This document shows, piece after piece, positions 63,773-64,000 of a stretch of 64,000 nt of DNA. Under the pieces are notes generated by a model, which made no database searches, had not been told where the DNA came from, and saw only the letters and a list, made by a program, of their open reading frames with translations. Numbering within the stretch: position 1 is the stretch's first letter; the number at the start of each line of letters is the position of its first letter. The position numbers and the translations under genes were made by a program. The stretch comes from a virus: positions 1 to 64,000 of IMG/VR virus record IMGVR_UViG_3300045110_000277; one strand, written 5' to 3'.

Positions 63773-64000
63773 TGGACCTCACCCCGGAAGCGATGGCGGC
63801 CCGGCAGCTGATCGCGGAGCTGCGCACGGCGCTCGTTGGCACCCAGCGGGAGCTGCGCAAGCAGAAGGACCGCACCGACCTGCTGGTCGAGGCCGTGATC
63901 CAGGGCTGCCGCGAGGCCATCCTCGCTCAAGGCCCGCTGCCAACGGTCGTTCGCACCAAGACGGCTCGCCGACCTGCAGCTGCCGGCAAGCCGGAGGTCG
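63772..64000 (+). CDS. Partial gene running off the window end (coiled-coil N-terminus)
   Basis: TGATG coupling, open to 64000. Confidence 0.55.
   Translation, partial: MDLTPEAMAARQLIAELRTALVGTQRELRKQKDRTDLLVEAVIQGCREAILAQGPLPTVVRTKTARRPAAAGKPEV

Larger units (their letters stand above)
147..63955. repeat. Dispersed 18-bp quasi-palindromic repeat family YGCS-AACGnnCGTT-SGCR (extended best form GGATGCCAACGnnCGTTCGCAGC)
   Basis: Exact AACGnnCGTT cores start at 151, 508, 5184, 8627, 8668, 11411, 12769, 14888, 17859, 19880, 29078, 35464, 41297, 45339, 45621, 48286, 49156, 49680, 51211, 53675, 57482, 57970, 58184, 59727, 60582, 61804, 62445, 63092, 63310, 63942; many one-mismatch copies (e.g. 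3740, 19851, 31523, 34259, 42551, 62999). Confidence 0.95.
1..64000 (+). mobile_element. Tailed dsDNA actinobacteriophage (or prophage) genome segment, siphovirus-like
   Basis: Terminase, capsid, tail tube, tape measure, endolysin/holin and primase-helicase in canonical phage order; dense co-directional overlapping genes; no host housekeeping genes. Confidence 0.95.

Noticed and set aside
147-63955. Palindromic repeats as a CRISPR array, REP/MITE family or parS sites
   Set aside because: Copies are isolated, irregularly spaced and mostly inside CDSs, with no spacers, target duplications or cas genes. The sequence does not match the parS consensus and no ParB is seen.
1-64000. Integrase/att site or genome termini
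   Set aside because: No recombinase motif or terminal repeat was recognised in this window, so lifestyle (temperate versus lytic) cannot be called

Overview
This window is most of the genome of a high-GC (roughly 70% by eye) tailed actinobacteriophage or prophage, siphovirus-like. Nearly all genes lie on the + strand. Gene order: endolysin, C5-methyltransferase, glycoside hydrolase and accessory genes (0.6-12.8 kb, including an Rpf-like transglycosylase, a LexA DNA-binding-domain-only protein and RusA); terminase, portal, protease, scaffold and capsid (12.9-22 kb); fibre, Gly-rich, neck and tail genes with a tape measure (23-48 kb); holin; then a replication/early block (RecB-like nuclease, Acb2/Tad1-like protein, Sak4-like ATPase, SSB, primase-helicase, two LuxR HTHs, HNH, WhiG/FliA-type sigma factor). 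No integrase, tRNA or CRISPR array was seen. The most striking features are three non-coding signals. (1) An 18-bp quasi-palindrome, YGCS-AACGnnCGTT-SGCR, has at least 30 exact-core copies plus many near copies in both genes and intergenic gaps; it resembles a diverged LexA/SOS box in a genome that encodes a protease-less mini-LexA. (2) About 13 sigma28-type promoters (NAGWT-N13/14-GCCGAWR) sit mainly in front of lysis and virion genes, suggesting that the phage's own WhiG-like sigma is its late sigma factor. (3) A GCYCAAAK motif is found at housekeeping-type promoter regions. All product calls come from motif recognition and synteny only; no database searches were run.
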